Shown here: positions 32,984 to 43,763 of the stretch, one piece after another | Layout of the letters: every line of letters begins with the position of its first letter | Numbering within the stretch: the stretch's first letter is position 1 | Source: Escherichia coli | GTDB lineage: Bacteria > Pseudomonadota > Gammaproteobacteria > Enterobacterales > Enterobacteriaceae | Length of the DNA: 64,000 nucleotides | NCBI RefSeq assembly: GCF_022493755.1 | Contig: NZ_CP028767.1 | Direction: 5' to 3' (one strand) | Position numbers and translations under genes: made by a program | Notes under the pieces: generated by a model | Database searches by the model: none | Seen by the model: the letters and a program-made list of their open reading frames with translations, nothing else | Told to the model about the DNA's origin: nothing

Positions 32984-34111
32984 ATGATTAAAAAAATAAG
33001 CGTAAGAAAAGATCAGCTGGCATTACTCTCCAGAAACGGCGATTACTACAAAGTGCTACATGCAGGCGAGCATCTTTTACCCTGGTTAAATACGCCAGAA
33101 GTCTTGCTGATTACGCTCGATGGCAGCGAAGTTCCCGACGTGCTGGCGGATTATTTGCGCCGCTTTCAGCCTGATTGGGTGGAGAAATATTGCCTGGTGG
33201 CAGACTTGTCGGAGATTGAAGCCGGGGCGTTGTATATGGACGGTATTTTGCAGGAGATCCTGCCGCCATCAACGCGCCGTTTGTACTGGCGTGTAGAGGA
33301 TGATTTGACACTGGTGCGGATGAATACGCAGCAAGTCCAGGTACAAACGGAGGTGATGAATGCGGTATTGCAACCACGGCGCAAAGGGGCAGTTAAAGGC
33401 CGCGATGCAATACTAACGGTGCAGGTTCCGGCCTGGCATGTAGGCGTGCTGAAAATCGATGGTGAAACGCAGGCGCTGTTACCGCCGGGGCTGACCGCAT
33501 ACTGGAAAATTAACCATCTGGTTGACGCTGAAGTGGTTGACACCCGCTTGCAGGTACTGGAAGTCAGCGGGCAAGAAATCTTAACGAAAGATAAGGTCAA
33601 TCTGCGGATTAACCTCGCCGCTAACTGGCGCTACAGCGACGTGTTATTGGCATTTAGCCAGTTAACGAAGCCGATTGATCATTTGTATCGGGAATTACAA
33701 TTTGCCCTGCGTGAAGCGGTAGGTACGCGTACGTTGGATGAATTGCTGGAAGATAAACAGGTCATTGATGACGTTGTCAGCGAACAGGTGAAATCGCGCA
33801 TGTTGCCATTTGGTATGGAGATTGCCTCGTTAGGGGTGAAAGATATCGTCCTGCCTGGCGATATGAAAAATATCCTTGCGCAGCTGGTTGAGGCGGAGAA
33901 ATCCGCGCAGGCCAATGTGATTCGCCGACGTGAAGAAACGGCAGCGACGCGTTCGTTACTCAATACCGCTAAAGTCATGGAAAACAACCCGGTAGCGTTA
34001 CGCTTAAAAGAACTGGAAACGCTGGAGAGAGTGGCTGAACGGATCGATAACATCTCTGTATTTGGCGGTCTGGATCAGGTTCTGCATGGGTTGGTTAATA
34101 TCAAAGGGTGA
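32984..34111 (+). CDS. SPFH/band-7 (stomatin/prohibitin-like) domain protein with an N-terminal ~140-aa extension and no apparent membrane anchor; not part of the K-12 backbone
   Basis: 375-aa ORF; SPFH core about aa 140-320 (TKDKVNLRINLAANWRY...GVKDIVLPGDMKNILAQLVEAEKSAQANVIRRREETAATRSLLNTAKVMENNPVALRLKELETLERVAE); no hydrophobic N-terminal helix. Confidence 0.75.
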   Translation: MIKKISVRKDQLALLSRNGDYYKVLHAGEHLLPWLNTPEVLLITLDGSEVPDVLADYLRRFQPDWVEKYCLVADLSEIEAGALYMDGILQEILPPSTRRLYWRVEDDLTLVRMNTQQVQVQTEVMNAVLQPRRKGAVKGRDAILTVQVPAWHVGVLKIDGETQALLPPGLTAYWKINHLVDAEVVDTRLQVLEVSGQEILTKDKVNLRINLAANWRYSDVLLAFSQLTKPIDHLYRELQFALREAVGTRTLDELLEDKQVIDDVVSEQVKSRMLPFGMEIASLGVKDIVLPGDMKNILAQLVEAEKSAQANVIRRREETAATRSLLNTAKVMENNPVALRLKELETLERVAERIDNISVFGGLDQVLHGLVNIKG

Positions 34112-34908
34112 GTAACATGCCATTAAATGGAGTCAGTGCTGCGATGCGAGAAAGGGTATCGCAGCAGTTAAAAGAAATTGAACGGCGGTATGATGTGAAA
34201 GTACTGTACGCCTGTGAATCAGGGAGCCGCGGCTGGGGATTTGCCTCGCCCGACAGCGACTACGATGTACGGTTTTTGTATGTTCACCCGCTGGAATGGT
34301 ATCTGCGAGTAGAGTCACCGCGCGATGTTATTGAGCTGCCCATCGACGACGAGTTAGATGTTTCCGGTTGGGAGTGGCGTAAGGCGCTGGGATTATTGAA
34401 AGGCGCGAACCCGACGCTGATAGAATGGCTGGATTCTCCGGTGGTTTATCAACAAGATGAAGAAACGATAACGGCGTTTAAGGCAATGGTCCCAATGTGG
34501 TTTTCTCCGCTGCGTGCGCGCTGGCATTACTATTCGATGGCGCAGAAAAACTTCCCCGGATATTTGCAGGGCGACGAAGTTCGACTGAAAAAATACTTTT
34601 ACGTGCTGCGTCCGCTGCTGGCCGTGCGCTGGGTCGAAGCGGGTAAAGGCGTACCGCCAATGCGCTTTGCTGAGTTACTGGCGGGAAGCGAACTTGATGC
34701 GCCGTTACGTGCAGAAATAGACGAATTACTGGAACGTAAACAGCGCGCAGGAGAAGCGGAATATGGTCCGCTCCGTCCATTGTTACATGCGTTTATTCGT
34801 GCGGAACTGGCGCGTGGGGAAATTCCACCGCTGTTACCGGATAGCAGAGAAGGGGACGTTAAGGAACTGGATAGCTTAATGTACCAGACGGTAATGCGCC
34901 GGGCATAA
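34108..34908 (+). CDS. Pol-beta-superfamily nucleotidyltransferase (COG3541/PF10127-like), translationally coupled to the upstream SPFH gene
   Basis: 266-aa ORF; minimal NTase motif ESGSRGWGFASPDSDYDVRF (GS...DxD); ATGA start/stop overlap with the SPFH ORF. Confidence 0.75.
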   Translation: MSNMPLNGVSAAMRERVSQQLKEIERRYDVKVLYACESGSRGWGFASPDSDYDVRFLYVHPLEWYLRVESPRDVIELPIDDELDVSGWEWRKALGLLKGANPTLIEWLDSPVVYQQDEETITAFKAMVPMWFSPLRARWHYYSMAQKNFPGYLQGDEVRLKKYFYVLRPLLAVRWVEAGKGVPPMRFAELLAGSELDAPLRAEIDELLERKQRAGEAEYGPLRPLLHAFIRAELARGEIPPLLPDSREGDVKELDSLMYQTVMRRA

Positions 34909-34943
34909 AGCCCGGCGTTATTTCACGCCATCAGCTCTTATTA

Positions 34944-35876
34944 TTATTGTGTATTCCCGCTGATTTCATTCTGTATAAGCGTTGCAATATCGTCATTCGT
35001 TGCCGCTTGTGAACTAAATATCATCTTCTCACGCGAATACACCGCAAACTTATCTGACAGGTTCGAAGCAAACACCTTGCGGGCATTTTCTGCCAGCAAA
35101 CCGGTGACGATATCATGGTGGTTTTTATCCACTTTTCGGGCAATATTTCCCGCCTCTTTGTCCTTACTATACCGTTCATTGGTGCTTTCCCAGCTTAATG
35201 CCGCTGAGGTTGTTTTTATCATGACTTCTGTTTGGTAGCCTGCATCTTTGAGTTTTTTTAATGTTTGTAACGGCGTCGCGGCATTACGAAATGTTCCTTC
35301 GACAACAATGTTGAGTTTACTGACTATCGCTCTCTCAATTGCACGTTCGACCGTTTCGCCGGAAAATTTCGCTGTATGGGTAACAAAATCATCCCCATAA
35401 TTTTGGTAGATATAATTAAAATCAGGGTGTAGAAATCGAAAATCATCACCGTTAATAATCATTATATTATCTTTTGTCTCTCTTTTGGCTAATTCAATCA
35501 GAGATGATTTACCTGCTCCGGGTTGCCCACCTAAAACAAAACCAATGGGATGCTGTTGCGGTGTGACTTCATGATTTGTCAGACGCTGCCAAATAGAATC
35601 AAAAGATGCTTTATTTTCTGAATGCGTAGTATTGTTGAATTCATGCTGATATTGAGTTCTTACCTGCTGAAGGAGAATCTTACCTTGTGTAAAATCAACA
35701 AGTTCAGCGGGGGTAGAATAAAGATAATCGCGATAGCTGACTAATCGCTTGAGAGCATCGCCTGAATCCTGATGCGACGAAACTGAGCAATTATCAATGA
35801 TATTTGATAAAAACGCGATGCACTGACTGGCTCCGTTTAAAAGTGCATCTTTTTCCATTAAAGTAGCCATTAACAC
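34944..35876 (-). CDS. Zeta-toxin-family P-loop kinase-like protein with an N-terminal ~115-aa extension; low GC
   Basis: 310-aa ORF; Walker A GGQPGAGKSS and downstream zeta-like fold signatures (IINGDDFR, VVEGTFR); AT-rich relative to flanking genes. Confidence 0.75.
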   Translation of the reverse strand: MLMATLMEKDALLNGASQCIAFLSNIIDNCSVSSHQDSGDALKRLVSYRDYLYSTPAELVDFTQGKILLQQVRTQYQHEFNNTTHSENKASFDSIWQRLTNHEVTPQQHPIGFVLGGQPGAGKSSLIELAKRETKDNIMIINGDDFRFLHPDFNYIYQNYGDDFVTHTAKFSGETVERAIERAIVSKLNIVVEGTFRNAATPLQTLKKLKDAGYQTEVMIKTTSAALSWESTNERYSKDKEAGNIARKVDKNHHDIVTGLLAENARKVFASNLSDKFAVYSREKMIFSSQAATNDDIATLIQNEISGNTQ

Positions 35877-36014
35877 TCCTGTTAAATGATATTTTTCGGT
35901 GATTATAATACTGTTCTACAGGAGTGATTTTGCTTTTCAGATATTATTTAATCTATGTTTTCAGTGAGGATGGCGTATAACAATCGGTGAGCGTTATACG
36001 CCAGTAGGGAAATA

Positions 36015-37364
36015 TTACTCAAACAAATTAAAATGCAGCTTCTGCACCACCTGCTCGGCATCTTCGCCGGGCACCAGGAAGCACAGGTTATGGCTGGATG
36101 CGCCGTAACAAATCATGCGAATGTTGAACGGTTCCAGTACGCCGAATACCTCTTTGCCAACGCCGCAGGCTTTTGACAGGTCATTGCCAATCAACGCGAC
36201 CAGCGCCAGACCTTCTTCTACTTCCACCCGGCACAGTGCGGAAAGCTCCATCAGCAGAGATTGCGTCAGCAACGTATCGCCAGTGGAGGTTGAACCGGTG
36301 GTATCAAGGGTTAATGCCACGCTCACTTCTGACGTGGTGATTAAGTCTACCGAAATATTATGCCGCGCGAGGATGCCGAAAACTTCCGCGAGGAAGCCGC
36401 GAGAATGCAGCATATTCAGGCTGTGCAAAGTGAGCAGAGTCTGATTGCGACGAAGCGCCAGCGCGCGGAACAGCGGCGGATTTTCAGTTTTATTGCACAC
36501 CAGCGTACCACCTGCGCGTGGGTCTTTGCTGGAGCCGACAAAGACCGGGATATCGCTGCGTACTGCGGGTAGCAACGTTGCCGGATGCAGTACTTTTGCA
36601 CCAAAAGTTGCCATCTCTGCCGCTTCGGCAAACGCGATTTCATCAATGCGTTTTGCTGCGGAAACCACGCGTGGATCGGTGGTGTAGATGCCCGGGACGT
36701 CGGTCCAGATATCAACACGAGATGCGTGTAAAGCCTCCGCCAGCAAGGCTGCCGTATAATCGCTGCCTCCACGGCCAAGCGTCGTTGTACGACCTTTATT
36801 TTCGCTACCGATAAATCCCTGGGTGATCACTAAGCCGTCATTGAGGCGTGGGAGCAGCTGCAGCGCGGCCAGTTCCGCCAGCGCGGCTACATCTGGCTCT
36901 GCACGACCAAATCGGTCGTTGGTACGCATCACTTTACGTACATCAAACCACTGTGCCTGAACATCGCGTTCGCGCAGGATTTCGACAAACAGCAGGGTCG
37001 ACATCAGCTCGCCGTGGCTGACCAGCTCATCTGTCAGCGCCGGAGACGTTGCCAGCGCCGCCGCTTCTGCCAGAACAGTAATGTTCTCCAGCAGACGTTC
37101 AATCTCTTCACGGATAACGTTCGGGTAACGCAGACGTTCCAGAATGGCAAACTGGATGTTGCGAATAGCGTCGAGTTTTTCGAATCGCTCGCCAGGTTCC
37201 AGCCCTTCCGCTAAAGCGACCAGCAGATTAGTGATACCAGCAGAAGCCGAGAGGACTACTAAACGCACGTTGGCATCAGAAAGCACAATATCAGCGCTGC
37301 GGTTCATGGCGTCAAAATCAGCTACGCTGGTACCGCCAAATTTGGAGACAACAATTTCAGACAT
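36015..37364 (-). CDS. lysC: Lysine-sensitive aspartokinase III
   Basis: 449-aa ORF MSEIVVSKFGGTSVADFDAMNRSADIVL... Confidence 0.95.
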   Translation of the reverse strand: MSEIVVSKFGGTSVADFDAMNRSADIVLSDANVRLVVLSASAGITNLLVALAEGLEPGERFEKLDAIRNIQFAILERLRYPNVIREEIERLLENITVLAEAAALATSPALTDELVSHGELMSTLLFVEILRERDVQAQWFDVRKVMRTNDRFGRAEPDVAALAELAALQLLPRLNDGLVITQGFIGSENKGRTTTLGRGGSDYTAALLAEALHASRVDIWTDVPGIYTTDPRVVSAAKRIDEIAFAEAAEMATFGAKVLHPATLLPAVRSDIPVFVGSSKDPRAGGTLVCNKTENPPLFRALALRRNQTLLTLHSLNMLHSRGFLAEVFGILARHNISVDLITTSEVSVALTLDTTGSTSTGDTLLTQSLLMELSALCRVEVEEGLALVALIGNDLSKACGVGKEVFGVLEPFNIRMICYGASSHNLCFLVPGEDAEQVVQKLHFNLFE

Positions 37365-37399
37365 AACTACCTCGTGTCAGGGGATCCATTTTCAGCCTT

Positions 37400-37650
37400 G
37401 GCACAAGGGAAGAGCGGAAGACGGGTGGGCGCAGAGCGATACTTCGCTACTATTTTCACCCAGAAGTGCTCCACCACTTGCGAAACGCCCGACTGCGAAC
37501 GCTTCTGGTGACAACCCAGGGGATTCAGCCCCTGTAGCCGATGATGAACGTGGCCAGCCGTTCAATCACCTCGGCGATGCACCCCCTCAGGTGTTATCAC
37601 AGGACTGGCTCCTCCAACACCGTTACTTGGGCAACGCGCCTCTTCTGGCC
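37400..37650 (-). ncRNA. lysC 5' leader, expected to contain the lysine riboswitch (L-box); boundaries approximate
   Basis: About 520 bp untranslated, GC-rich structured leader upstream of lysC; the riboswitch is expected here from established lysC regulation, and the motif itself was not folded. Confidence 0.5.
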
Positions 37651-37888
37651 TGCGCTAGCGCAGGTAGTACATTTATAAATAAAGGGTGAGCGGGGCGGTT
37701 GTCAACGACGGGGTCATGCGGATTTTTCATCCACTCCTGGCGGTCAGTAGTTCAGCTAATAAATGCTTCACTGCGCTAAGGGTTTACACTCAACATTACG
37801 CTAACGGCACTAAAACCATCACATTTTTCTGTGACTGGCGCTACAATCTTCCAAAGTCACAATTCTCAAAATCAGAAGAGTATTGCTA

Positions 37889-39538
37889 ATGAAAAACATC
37901 AATCCAACGCAGACCGCTGCCTGGCAGGCACTACAGAAACACTTCGATGAAATGAAAGACGTTACGATCGCCGATCTTTTTGCTAAAGACGGCGATCGTT
38001 TTTCTAAGTTCTCCGCAACCTTCGGCGATCAGATGCTGGTGGATTACTCCAAAAACCGCATCACTGAAGAGACGCTGGCGAAATTACAAGATCTGGCGAA
38101 AGAGTGCGATCTGGCGGGCGCGATTAAGTCGATGTTCTCTGGCGAGAAGATCAACCGCACTGAAAACCGCGCTGTGCTGCACGTAGCGCTGCGTAACCGT
38201 AGCAATACCCCGATTTTGGTTGATGGCAAAGACGTAATGCCGGAAGTCAACGCGGTGCTGGAGAAGATGAAAACCTTCTCGGAAGCGATTATCTCCGGTG
38301 AGTGGAAGGGTTATACCGGCAAAGCAATCACTGACGTAGTGAACATCGGGATCGGCGGTTCTGACCTCGGCCCGTACATGGTGACCGAAGCACTGCGTCC
38401 GTACAAAAATCACCTGAACATGCACTTTGTTTCTAACGTCGATGGGACTCACATCGCGGAAGTGCTGAAAAAAGTAAACCCGGAAACCACGCTGTTCCTG
38501 GTAGCATCTAAAACCTTCACCACTCAGGAAACCATGACCAACGCCCATAGCGCGCGTGACTGGTTCCTGAAAGCGGCAGGTGATGAAAAACACGTTGCGA
38601 AACACTTTGCGGCGCTCTCAACCAATGCCAAAGCCGTTGGCGAGTTTGGTATTGATACTGCCAACATGTTCGAGTTCTGGGACTGGGTCGGCGGCCGTTA
38701 CTCTTTGTGGTCAGCGATTGGCCTGTCGATTGTTCTCTCCATCGGCTTTGATAACTTCGTTGAACTGCTTTCTGGCGCACACGCGATGGACAAGCATTTC
38801 TCCACCACGCCTGCCGAGAAAAACCTGCCTGTACTGCTGGCGCTGATTGGCATCTGGTACAACAATTTCTTTGGTGCGGAAACTGAGGCGATTCTGCCGT
38901 ATGACCAGTATATGCACCGTTTCGCGGCGTACTTCCAGCAGGGCAATATGGAGTCCAACGGTAAGTATGTTGACCGTAACGGTAACGTTGTGGATTACCA
39001 GACTGGCCCGATTATCTGGGGTGAACCAGGCACTAACGGTCAGCACGCGTTCTACCAGCTGATCCACCAGGGAACCAAAATGGTACCGTGCGATTTCATC
39101 GCTCCGGCTATCACCCATAACCCGCTCTCTGATCATCACCAGAAACTGCTGTCTAACTTCTTCGCCCAGACCGAAGCGCTGGCGTTTGGTAAATCCCGCG
39201 AAGTGGTTGAGCAGGAATATCGTGATCAGGGTAAAGATCCGGCAACGCTTGACTACGTGGTGCCGTTCAAAGTGTTCGAAGGTAACCGCCCGACCAACTC
39301 CATCTTGCTGCGTGAAATCACTCCGTTCAGCCTGGGTGCGTTGATTGCGCTGTATGAGCACAAAATCTTTACTCAGGGCGTGATCCTGAACATCTTCACC
39401 TTCGACCAGTGGGGCGTGGAGCTGGGTAAACAACTGGCAAACCGTATTCTGCCAGAGCTGAAAGATGATAAAGAAATCAGCAGCCACGATAGCTCGACCA
39501 ATGGTCTGATTAACCGCTATAAAGCGTGGCGCGGTTAA
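37889..39538 (+). CDS. pgi: Glucose-6-phosphate isomerase
   Basis: ORF 37883..39538 trimmed to [24 protein letters not shown]...; 549 aa. Confidence 0.95.
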   Translation: MKNINPTQTAAWQALQKHFDEMKDVTIADLFAKDGDRFSKFSATFGDQMLVDYSKNRITEETLAKLQDLAKECDLAGAIKSMFSGEKINRTENRAVLHVALRNRSNTPILVDGKDVMPEVNAVLEKMKTFSEAIISGEWKGYTGKAITDVVNIGIGGSDLGPYMVTEALRPYKNHLNMHFVSNVDGTHIAEVLKKVNPETTLFLVASKTFTTQETMTNAHSARDWFLKAAGDEKHVAKHFAALSTNAKAVGEFGIDTANMFEFWDWVGGRYSLWSAIGLSIVLSIGFDNFVELLSGAHAMDKHFSTTPAEKNLPVLLALIGIWYNNFFGAETEAILPYDQYMHRFAAYFQQGNMESNGKYVDRNGNVVDYQTGPIIWGEPGTNGQHAFYQLIHQGTKMVPCDFIAPAITHNPLSDHHQKLLSNFFAQTEALAFGKSREVVEQEYRDQGKDPATLDYVVPFKVFEGNRPTNSILLREITPFSLGALIALYEHKIFTQGVILNIFTFDQWGVELGKQLANRILPELKDDKEISSHDSSTNGLINRYKAWRG

Positions 39539-39555
39539 TTTAAAAACCTTAATAA

Positions 39556-39590
39556 CAATGCCGACGTTATGTCGGCATTGTTTTATCAGA
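39556..39590 (+). terminator. pgi rho-independent terminator
   Basis: AACAATGCCGACGTTATGTCGGCATTGTTTTATC. Confidence 0.75.
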
Positions 39591-39892
39591 TAAATCCCCT
39601 TGTCTGTGATTTAACGGAAATCATACCGTGAGGTTAATCCTAAAATAGATTTTTAATCGTGATTGATTTCGGAAAATACTCAGATTAATTACTTTTACTT
39701 TTATTTTAACATTATGATTTTTAATGTTATTTATATATAAGTTGTAGCTTATATTTGATATTCATTCCAATTATCCTAAAACCCCATCTCTAATTCCCCG
39801 CGCCGTAATTCGCATGCTTTAGTTGTGTATACTCGATCCCGCCCGAAATGTTTTTGGGTAAATCTCCATTCATTCAATGAAGGGAAATTGTT

Positions 39893-40135
39893 ATGAAAAA
39901 AGTTCTGTATGGCATTTTTGCCATATCTGCGCTTGCGGCGACTTCTGCGTGGGCTGCACCTGTACAGGTGGGCGAAGCGGCAGGGTCGGCAGCAACGTCG
40001 GTTTCGGCGGGGAGTTCCTCCGCGACCAGCGTCAGCACCGTAAGCTCGGCGGTGGGTGTCGCGCTCGCGGCAACCGGTGGCGGTGATGGTTCTAATACCG
40101 GGACCACCACAACCACGACCACCAGTACCCAGTAA
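39893..40135 (+). CDS. yjbE: Small secreted Ser/Thr/Gly-rich protein YjbE
   Basis: 80-aa ORF with signal peptide and low-complexity S/T/G-rich tail. Confidence 0.8.
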
Positions 40136-40248
40136 TAAAGTATGTATCCCCAAAATAATTTGAGTCATTGCATCTGTGGCTTGAAGTATGAAGGGATTTA
40201 CCATAACCACACTCCGGTGTGGTTATTCTGCCCCTCTGGAGAAGAGTC

Positions 40249-40887
40249 GTGAAGCGACCTGCACTCATTCTTATCTGCCTGCTATTACAGGCCTGTTCAG
40301 CCACGACTAAAGAGCTGGGCAATTCACTGTGGGACAGTCTGTTCGGCACGCCAGGCGTACAGCTGACGGACGATGATATTCAAAATATGCCCTACGCCAG
40401 CCAGTACATGCAGCTTAATGGCGGGCCGCAATTGTTTGTGGTGCTGGCCTTCGCTGAAGACGGACAACAAAAATGGGTCACTCAGGATCAAGCCACTCTT
40501 GTCATACAACATGGTCGTCTGGTGAAGACTTTGCTTGGCGGCGACAACCTGATTGAAGTGAATAACCTTGCCGCCGACCCACTGATTAAACCCGCACAAA
40601 TTGTTGATGGTGCAACATGGACGCGCACGATGGGCTGGACCGAGTACCAGCAGGTACGCTACGCCACCGCACGCTCAGTCTTCAAATGGGATGGCACCGA
40701 TACCGTCAAGGTCGGCAGCGATGAAACCCTGGTTCGCGTGCTGGACGAAGAAGTCTCCACCGACCAGGCGCGCTGGCATAACCGCTACTGGATCGACAGC
40801 GAAGGGCAAATTCGCCAGTCGGAACAGTATCTCGGCGCGGATTATTTCCCGGTGAAAACCACTCTCATCAAGGCGGCAAAACAATGA
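40249..40887 (+). CDS. yjbF: Lipoprotein YjbF
   Basis: ORF 40219..40887 trimmed to GTG start giving (M)KRPALILICLLLQACSA lipobox; 212 aa. Confidence 0.8.
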   Translation: MKRPALILICLLLQACSATTKELGNSLWDSLFGTPGVQLTDDDIQNMPYASQYMQLNGGPQLFVVLAFAEDGQQKWVTQDQATLVIQHGRLVKTLLGGDNLIEVNNLAADPLIKPAQIVDGATWTRTMGWTEYQQVRYATARSVFKWDGTDTVKVGSDETLVRVLDEEVSTDQARWHNRYWIDSEGQIRQSEQYLGADYFPVKTTLIKAAKQ

Positions 40888-41621
40888 TTAAACAAACTAT
40901 TGTCGCGTTGCTTTTGAGTGTGGGAGCGTCATCGGTCTTCGCGGCAGGAACCGTCAAGGTGTTCAGCAATGGCAGCAGTGAGGCCAAAACGCTGACGGGT
41001 GCAGAGCATTTAATCGATCTGGTAGGCCAACCGCGGCTGGCAAACAGCTGGTGGCCCGGTGCGGTGATTAGCGAAGAGCTGGCAACGGCGGCAGCATTGC
41101 GTCAGCAGCAGGCGTTGCTGACACGGCTGGCTGAACAGGCTGCAGATTCCAGCGCCGACGATGCCGCCGCCATTAACGCCTTACGCCAGCAAATTCAGGC
41201 GTTGAAAGTGACGGGCAGGCAAAAAATCAATCTTGATCCTGATATTGTGCGCGTTGCCGAACGCGGTAACCCACCGTTGCAGGGCAACTACACGCTGTGG
41301 GTCGGGCCACCACCGTCCACGGTCACGCTGTTCGGGCTTATCAGCCGTCCTGGCAATCAGCCATTCACTCCAGGTCGCGACGTGGCGAGCTATCTCTCCG
41401 GGCAGAACCTGCTTAGCGGTGCGGATCGCAGCTACGCGTGGGTGGTTTACCCGGACGGACGCACGCAAAAAGCGCCGGTGGCTTACTGGAACAAGCGTCA
41501 CGTAGAGCCGATGCCCGGCAGCATTATTTATGTTGGCCTCGCGGACTCCGTCTGGAGTGAGACGCCTGATGCCCTTAACGCCGACATTCTTCAGACTCTG
41601 ACGCAGCGGATACCTCAATAA
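40884..41621 (+). CDS. yjbG: Periplasmic protein YjbG
   Basis: 245-aa ORF with signal peptide; start overlaps the yjbF stop. Confidence 0.8.
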   Translation: MIKQTIVALLLSVGASSVFAAGTVKVFSNGSSEAKTLTGAEHLIDLVGQPRLANSWWPGAVISEELATAAALRQQQALLTRLAEQAADSSADDAAAINALRQQIQALKVTGRQKINLDPDIVRVAERGNPPLQGNYTLWVGPPPSTVTLFGLISRPGNQPFTPGRDVASYLSGQNLLSGADRSYAWVVYPDGRTQKAPVAYWNKRHVEPMPGSIIYVGLADSVWSETPDALNADILQTLTQRIPQ

Positions 41622-43717
41622 TGAAAAAAAGACATCTGCTTAGCTTACTGGCGCTGGGCATTAGCACAGCTTGCTACGGCGAAACATATCCTGCGCCCAT
41701 TGGTCCGTCGCAGTCGGATTTCGGTGGCGTAGGATTATTACAAACTCCCACCGCGCGTATGGCACGGGAAGGGGAGTTGAGTCTGAACTATCGCGATAAC
41801 GATCAGTACCGTTATTACTCAGCTTCAGTGCAACTCTTCCCGTGGCTGGAAACAACGCTGCGCTACACCGACGTGCGCACCCGGCAGTACAGCAGCGTCG
41901 AAGCGTTCTCTGGCGATCAAACGTATAAAGATAAAGCCTTCGATCTCAAACTGCGTTTGTGGGAAGAGAGTTACTGGCTGCCGCAAGTGGCGGTTGGTGC
42001 GCGGGATATCGGCGGTACGGGGCTGTTTGATGCGGAATATCTTGTTGCCAGCAAAGCCTGGGGGCCGTTCGATTTTACGCTCGGCCTGGGCTGGGGATAT
42101 CTGGGCACCAGCGGTAATGTAAAAAATCCGCTCTGTTCAGCCAGTGATAAATATTGCTATCGCGATAACAGCTACAAACAGGCGGGATCTATCGACGGTA
42201 GCCAGATGTTCCACGGTCCTGCCTCACTGTTTGGCGGCGTGGAATACCAGACGCCCTGGCAACCGCTGCGCCTGAAACTGGAGTATGAAGGCAATAATTA
42301 TCAGCAGGATTTTGCCGGGAAGCTGGAGCAAAAAAGTAAGTTTAACGTCGGTGCGATTTATCGCGTTACCGATTGGGCCGACGTTAACCTTAGCTATGAA
42401 CGTGGCAACACCTTTATGTTTGGCGTCACGCTGCGCACCAACTTTAACGATCTGCGCCCGTCTTACAACGATAACGCCCGCCCGCAATATCAACCGCAGC
42501 CGCAGGATGCCATTTTGCAGCATTCGGTGGTGGCGAATCAGTTAACGCTGTTGAAATACAATGCCGGACTTGCCGATCCGCAGATCCAGGCGAAAGGCGA
42601 TACGCTGTATGTCACCGGCGAGCAGGTGAAATATCGTGATTCGCGCGAAGGGATCATCCGTGCTAATCGGATCGTGATGAACGATCTGCCGGATGGGATC
42701 AAAACGATCCGCATTACGGAAAATCGTCTTAACATGCCGCAGGTGACGACGGAAACCGATGTCGCCAGCCTGAAAAATCATCTCGCCGGAGAGCCGTTGG
42801 GCCACGAAACGAAGCTGGCGCAAAAACGCGTCGAGCCAGTGGTTCCGCAGTCCACCGAGCAGGGCTGGTATATCGACAAATCACGCTTTGATTTCCACAT
42901 CGATCCGGTGCTGAACCAGTCGGTCGGTGGCCCGGAAAACTTTTACATGTATCAGCTGGGCGTGATGGGAACGGCAGATTTGTGGCTGACGGACCATCTG
43001 CTGACCACCGGCAGCCTGTTTGCAAATCTTGCCAACAACTACGACAAGTTTAACTACACCAATCCGCCGCAGGACTCGCACTTACCGCGCGTTCGTACCC
43101 ATGTGCGCGAGTATGTGCAGAACGATGTCTATGTGAATAACCTGCAAGCCAACTACTTCCAGCATCTGGGCAACGGCTTCTACGGTCAGGTCTATGGAGG
43201 TTATCTCGAAACCATGTTTGGCGGTGCGGGGGCCGAAGTGTTGTATCGTCCGCTGGACAGTAACTGGGCGTTTGGTCTGGATGCCAACTACGTTAAACAG
43301 CGCGACTGGCGTAGTGCAAAAGATATGATGAAATTCACCGACTACAGCGTGAAAACCGGACATCTGACCGCCTACTGGACGCCATCTTTCGCCCAGGACG
43401 TGTTGGTGAAAGCCAGCGTCGGGCAGTATCTGGCAGGGGATAAAGGCGGCACGCTGGAGATCGCCAAACGCTTTGATAGCGGCGTGGTGGTTGGCGGCTA
43501 TGCCACGATCACCAACGTTTCGAAAGAGGAGTACGGCGAAGGGGACTTCACCAAAGGCGTGTATGTCTCGGTACCGTTGGATCTCTTCTCGTCTGGCCCG
43601 ACACGCAGCCGTGCGGCGATTGGCTGGACGCCGCTGACGCGTGACGGTGGTCAGCAACTTGGGCGTAAGTTCCAGTTGTATGATATGACCAGCGACCGTA
43701 GCGTAAATTTCCGCTAA
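41621..43717 (+). CDS. yjbH: Outer-membrane lipoprotein YjbH (exopolysaccharide-related yjbEFGH operon)
   Basis: 698-aa ORF with lipobox LGISTACYG; start overlaps the yjbG stop. Confidence 0.8.
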   Translation: MKKRHLLSLLALGISTACYGETYPAPIGPSQSDFGGVGLLQTPTARMAREGELSLNYRDNDQYRYYSASVQLFPWLETTLRYTDVRTRQYSSVEAFSGDQTYKDKAFDLKLRLWEESYWLPQVAVGARDIGGTGLFDAEYLVASKAWGPFDFTLGLGWGYLGTSGNVKNPLCSASDKYCYRDNSYKQAGSIDGSQMFHGPASLFGGVEYQTPWQPLRLKLEYEGNNYQQDFAGKLEQKSKFNVGAIYRVTDWADVNLSYERGNTFMFGVTLRTNFNDLRPSYNDNARPQYQPQPQDAILQHSVVANQLTLLKYNAGLADPQIQAKGDTLYVTGEQVKYRDSREGIIRANRIVMNDLPDGIKTIRITENRLNMPQVTTETDVASLKNHLAGEPLGHETKLAQKRVEPVVPQSTEQGWYIDKSRFDFHIDPVLNQSVGGPENFYMYQLGVMGTADLWLTDHLLTTGSLFANLANNYDKFNYTNPPQDSHLPRVRTHVREYVQNDVYVNNLQANYFQHLGNGFYGQVYGGYLETMFGGAGAEVLYRPLDSNWAFGLDANYVKQRDWRSAKDMMKFTDYSVKTGHLTAYWTPSFAQDVLVKASVGQYLAGDKGGTLEIAKRFDSGVVVGGYATITNVSKEEYGEGDFTKGVYVSVPLDLFSSGPTRSRAAIGWTPLTRDGGQQLGRKFQLYDMTSDRSVNFR

Positions 43718-43763
43718 GTCATGGGAAAGGTGCCAGTTTTCGCACTCACTGGCACCCTCATTC

